Shown here one piece after another: positions 62,638-64,000 of a stretch of DNA of 64,000 bases; the first letter of the stretch is position 1; every line of letters begins with the position of its first letter. Under the pieces are notes generated by a model. That model ran no database searches. It had not been told where the DNA came from and was given only the letters and a program-made list of their open reading frames with translations. A program made the position numbers and the translations under genes. Source of the DNA: Vicinamibacteria bacterium (GTDB taxonomy: Bacteria; Acidobacteriota; Vicinamibacteria; Marinacidobacterales; Marinacidobacteraceae); the NCBI GenBank assembly GCA_963668695.2, contig CAXXLQ010000004.1, positions 3,360,001-3,424,000 on the forward strand. The letters run 5' to 3'.

Positions 62638-63204
62638 ATGAACACCCCGCCACCCGGCCGCAACTCCGCCGACGCCAGGACAGCGGGGGAGGTGTACCTG
62701 GAGAATGCGCGCTTCGAGTTTCGACGGCTGCGCCGCCTGGCCGAAGCAGCGATCGCGCAGGCGCCGGACGATGCGGCGCTCCATCACCGACTGTCGGAGG
62801 ACACCAACTCCATCGGAATCCTGATGCGCCATCTGGCCGGCAACCTTCGGTCTCGCTGGACGGACTTTCTGACCACCGACGGCGAAAAACCGAATCGAAA
62901 TCGCGAGTCTGAATTCGAGCCCTGCGACCATCTGAGCAGGGACGACCTGCTCGCCGAGTGGAACCAGGCGTTCGCGCTGCTGGAGGAGGTCCTGTCCGAA
63001 ATCCAGCCCGCGGACCTCGGGAAAAGCGTCCGCATCCGCGGCGAGGCGTTTCTCGTTCAGGAGGCCATTCAGCGGCAGGTTGCCCACCTTGCCTACCACA
63101 CCGGCCAGATCGTTCTGCTGGCCCGCGCGACCACTCAGGAATGGAGTTCGCTTTCCATTCCACGCGGAGCGAGCCCCGACTTCCGGAGGCGGCACAAGAA
63201 ATGA
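62638..63204 (+). CDS. DinB-like DUF1572 family protein
   Basis: NSIG.LMRHLAGNLRSRWTDFLTTDGEK..RNRESEF, HLAYHTGQIV. Confidence 0.88.
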   Translation: MNTPPPGRNSADARTAGEVYLENARFEFRRLRRLAEAAIAQAPDDAALHHRLSEDTNSIGILMRHLAGNLRSRWTDFLTTDGEKPNRNRESEFEPCDHLSRDDLLAEWNQAFALLEEVLSEIQPADLGKSVRIRGEAFLVQEAIQRQVAHLAYHTGQIVLLARATTQEWSSLSIPRGASPDFRRRHKK

Positions 63205-63842
63205 CTTTTCCGGACTTGAACACTCCCATCCCGGTCCGCCGCGCGCTTCTCGCGGCCCTCGTTCTCCTCGCCGGCGGTTGCGCCGGCACGAACCGGCCGG
63301 CGGCGACGCCTCCGGACCTTGCCGAGGTCGGTGAGGCTTCGTGGTACGGCATCGAGGAGCGGGGTCGGCCGACCGCCAGCGGAGAGCCGATGGACCCGGG
63401 CGCGCTGACCGCCGCCCATCGCACCCTGCCGTTCGGCACGATCGTGGAAGTCACGACCGTCGAGACCGGCGCCGCCGTCCAGGTGCGGATCAATGACCGA
63501 GGCCCCTTCGTTCGCTCCCGGGTGATCGACCTGTCCCACGAGGCGGCGCGCCGCCTCGGCATCCTGCGGGAAGGGGTGGCCCAGGTGCGGTTGACCGTTG
63601 CGAATATCCCCCCCCGAACACCCTTCACCGTACAGGTTGCCGCTTTTGGCCGACGCCAGGCCGCCGAGAGGTTCTCCGAAAAGCTCAGGGCGGATGGGTA
63701 TTCAGGAGTCGAGATAACTCCCGGAGACGGGGTTCACCGGGTCCGGGTGGGACGCTTCATGAAGCGGTCGGACGCCGAACTGACCGCACGCGCGCTGAAG
63801 GGCAACGGCTACGACGCCCTCGTGGTCCAGGTCCGGCTCTAA
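63201..63842 (+). CDS. rlpA: RlpA septal lytic transglycosylase with SPOR domain
   Basis: Lipobox AGGC, GEASWYG, TAAHRTLPFGT, INDRGPF..R.IDLS, VQVAAF. Confidence 0.93.
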   Translation: MTFPDLNTPIPVRRALLAALVLLAGGCAGTNRPAATPPDLAEVGEASWYGIEERGRPTASGEPMDPGALTAAHRTLPFGTIVEVTTVETGAAVQVRINDRGPFVRSRVIDLSHEAARRLGILREGVAQVRLTVANIPPRTPFTVQVAAFGRRQAAERFSEKLRADGYSGVEITPGDGVHRVRVGRFMKRSDAELTARALKGNGYDALVVQVRL

Positions 63843-63879
63843 TCCTTTCGAAAGCCCCCGCCATCCGCACGGTGCTTAA

Positions 63880-64000
63880 CAGCCGGTGGCGAAACCCACG
63901 TGAGCGCCGAGACGGGCGAGGCGCCCGGCTGACAAGGCGCGCGAGGGAGGAATACCGGGTGTATTTCGACCGAAGCGCAACGCAGAGCCCCGCGAAGCGG
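63880..64000 (-). mobile_element. MITE family A right arm lacking the 18-nt module (cut by window end)
   Basis: TTAA-CAGCCGGTGGCGAAACCCACGTGAGCGCCGAG...GGAATACCGGGTGTATTTCGACC is the reverse complement of the right arm. Confidence 0.85.

Overview
High-GC bacterial chromosomal window. The rplM-rpsI-rpsB-tsf-pyrH-frr order, short EF-Ts and many secreted hydrolases fit an Acidobacteriota/Gemmatimonadota-like heterotroph (inference only). It holds a translation operon, glpK, kynU, thrC, galK-like, lhr, ggt, several peptidases, a Gfo/Idh/MocA + tandem DUF1080 pair, a PptH-like/PPTase pair, a sulfite-oxidase-family enzyme with cytochrome c, two toxin-antitoxin loci and several decaying genes. No rRNA, tRNA, CRISPR or transposase was seen. 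Top observations: (1) an 18-nt module CCAGTTCTCCCGGTGGGG (about 27 copies by manual count) found only inside two different host repeat families, with empty and filled sites both visible; (2) a PCYCGC-like gene with an in-frame TGA in a UxxC motif followed by a SECIS-like hairpin, i.e. a probable selenoprotein; (3) a modular MITE whose arms amplify independently, one copy lying in frame inside a peptidase signal peptide. All calls come from reading the sequence; no searches were run.
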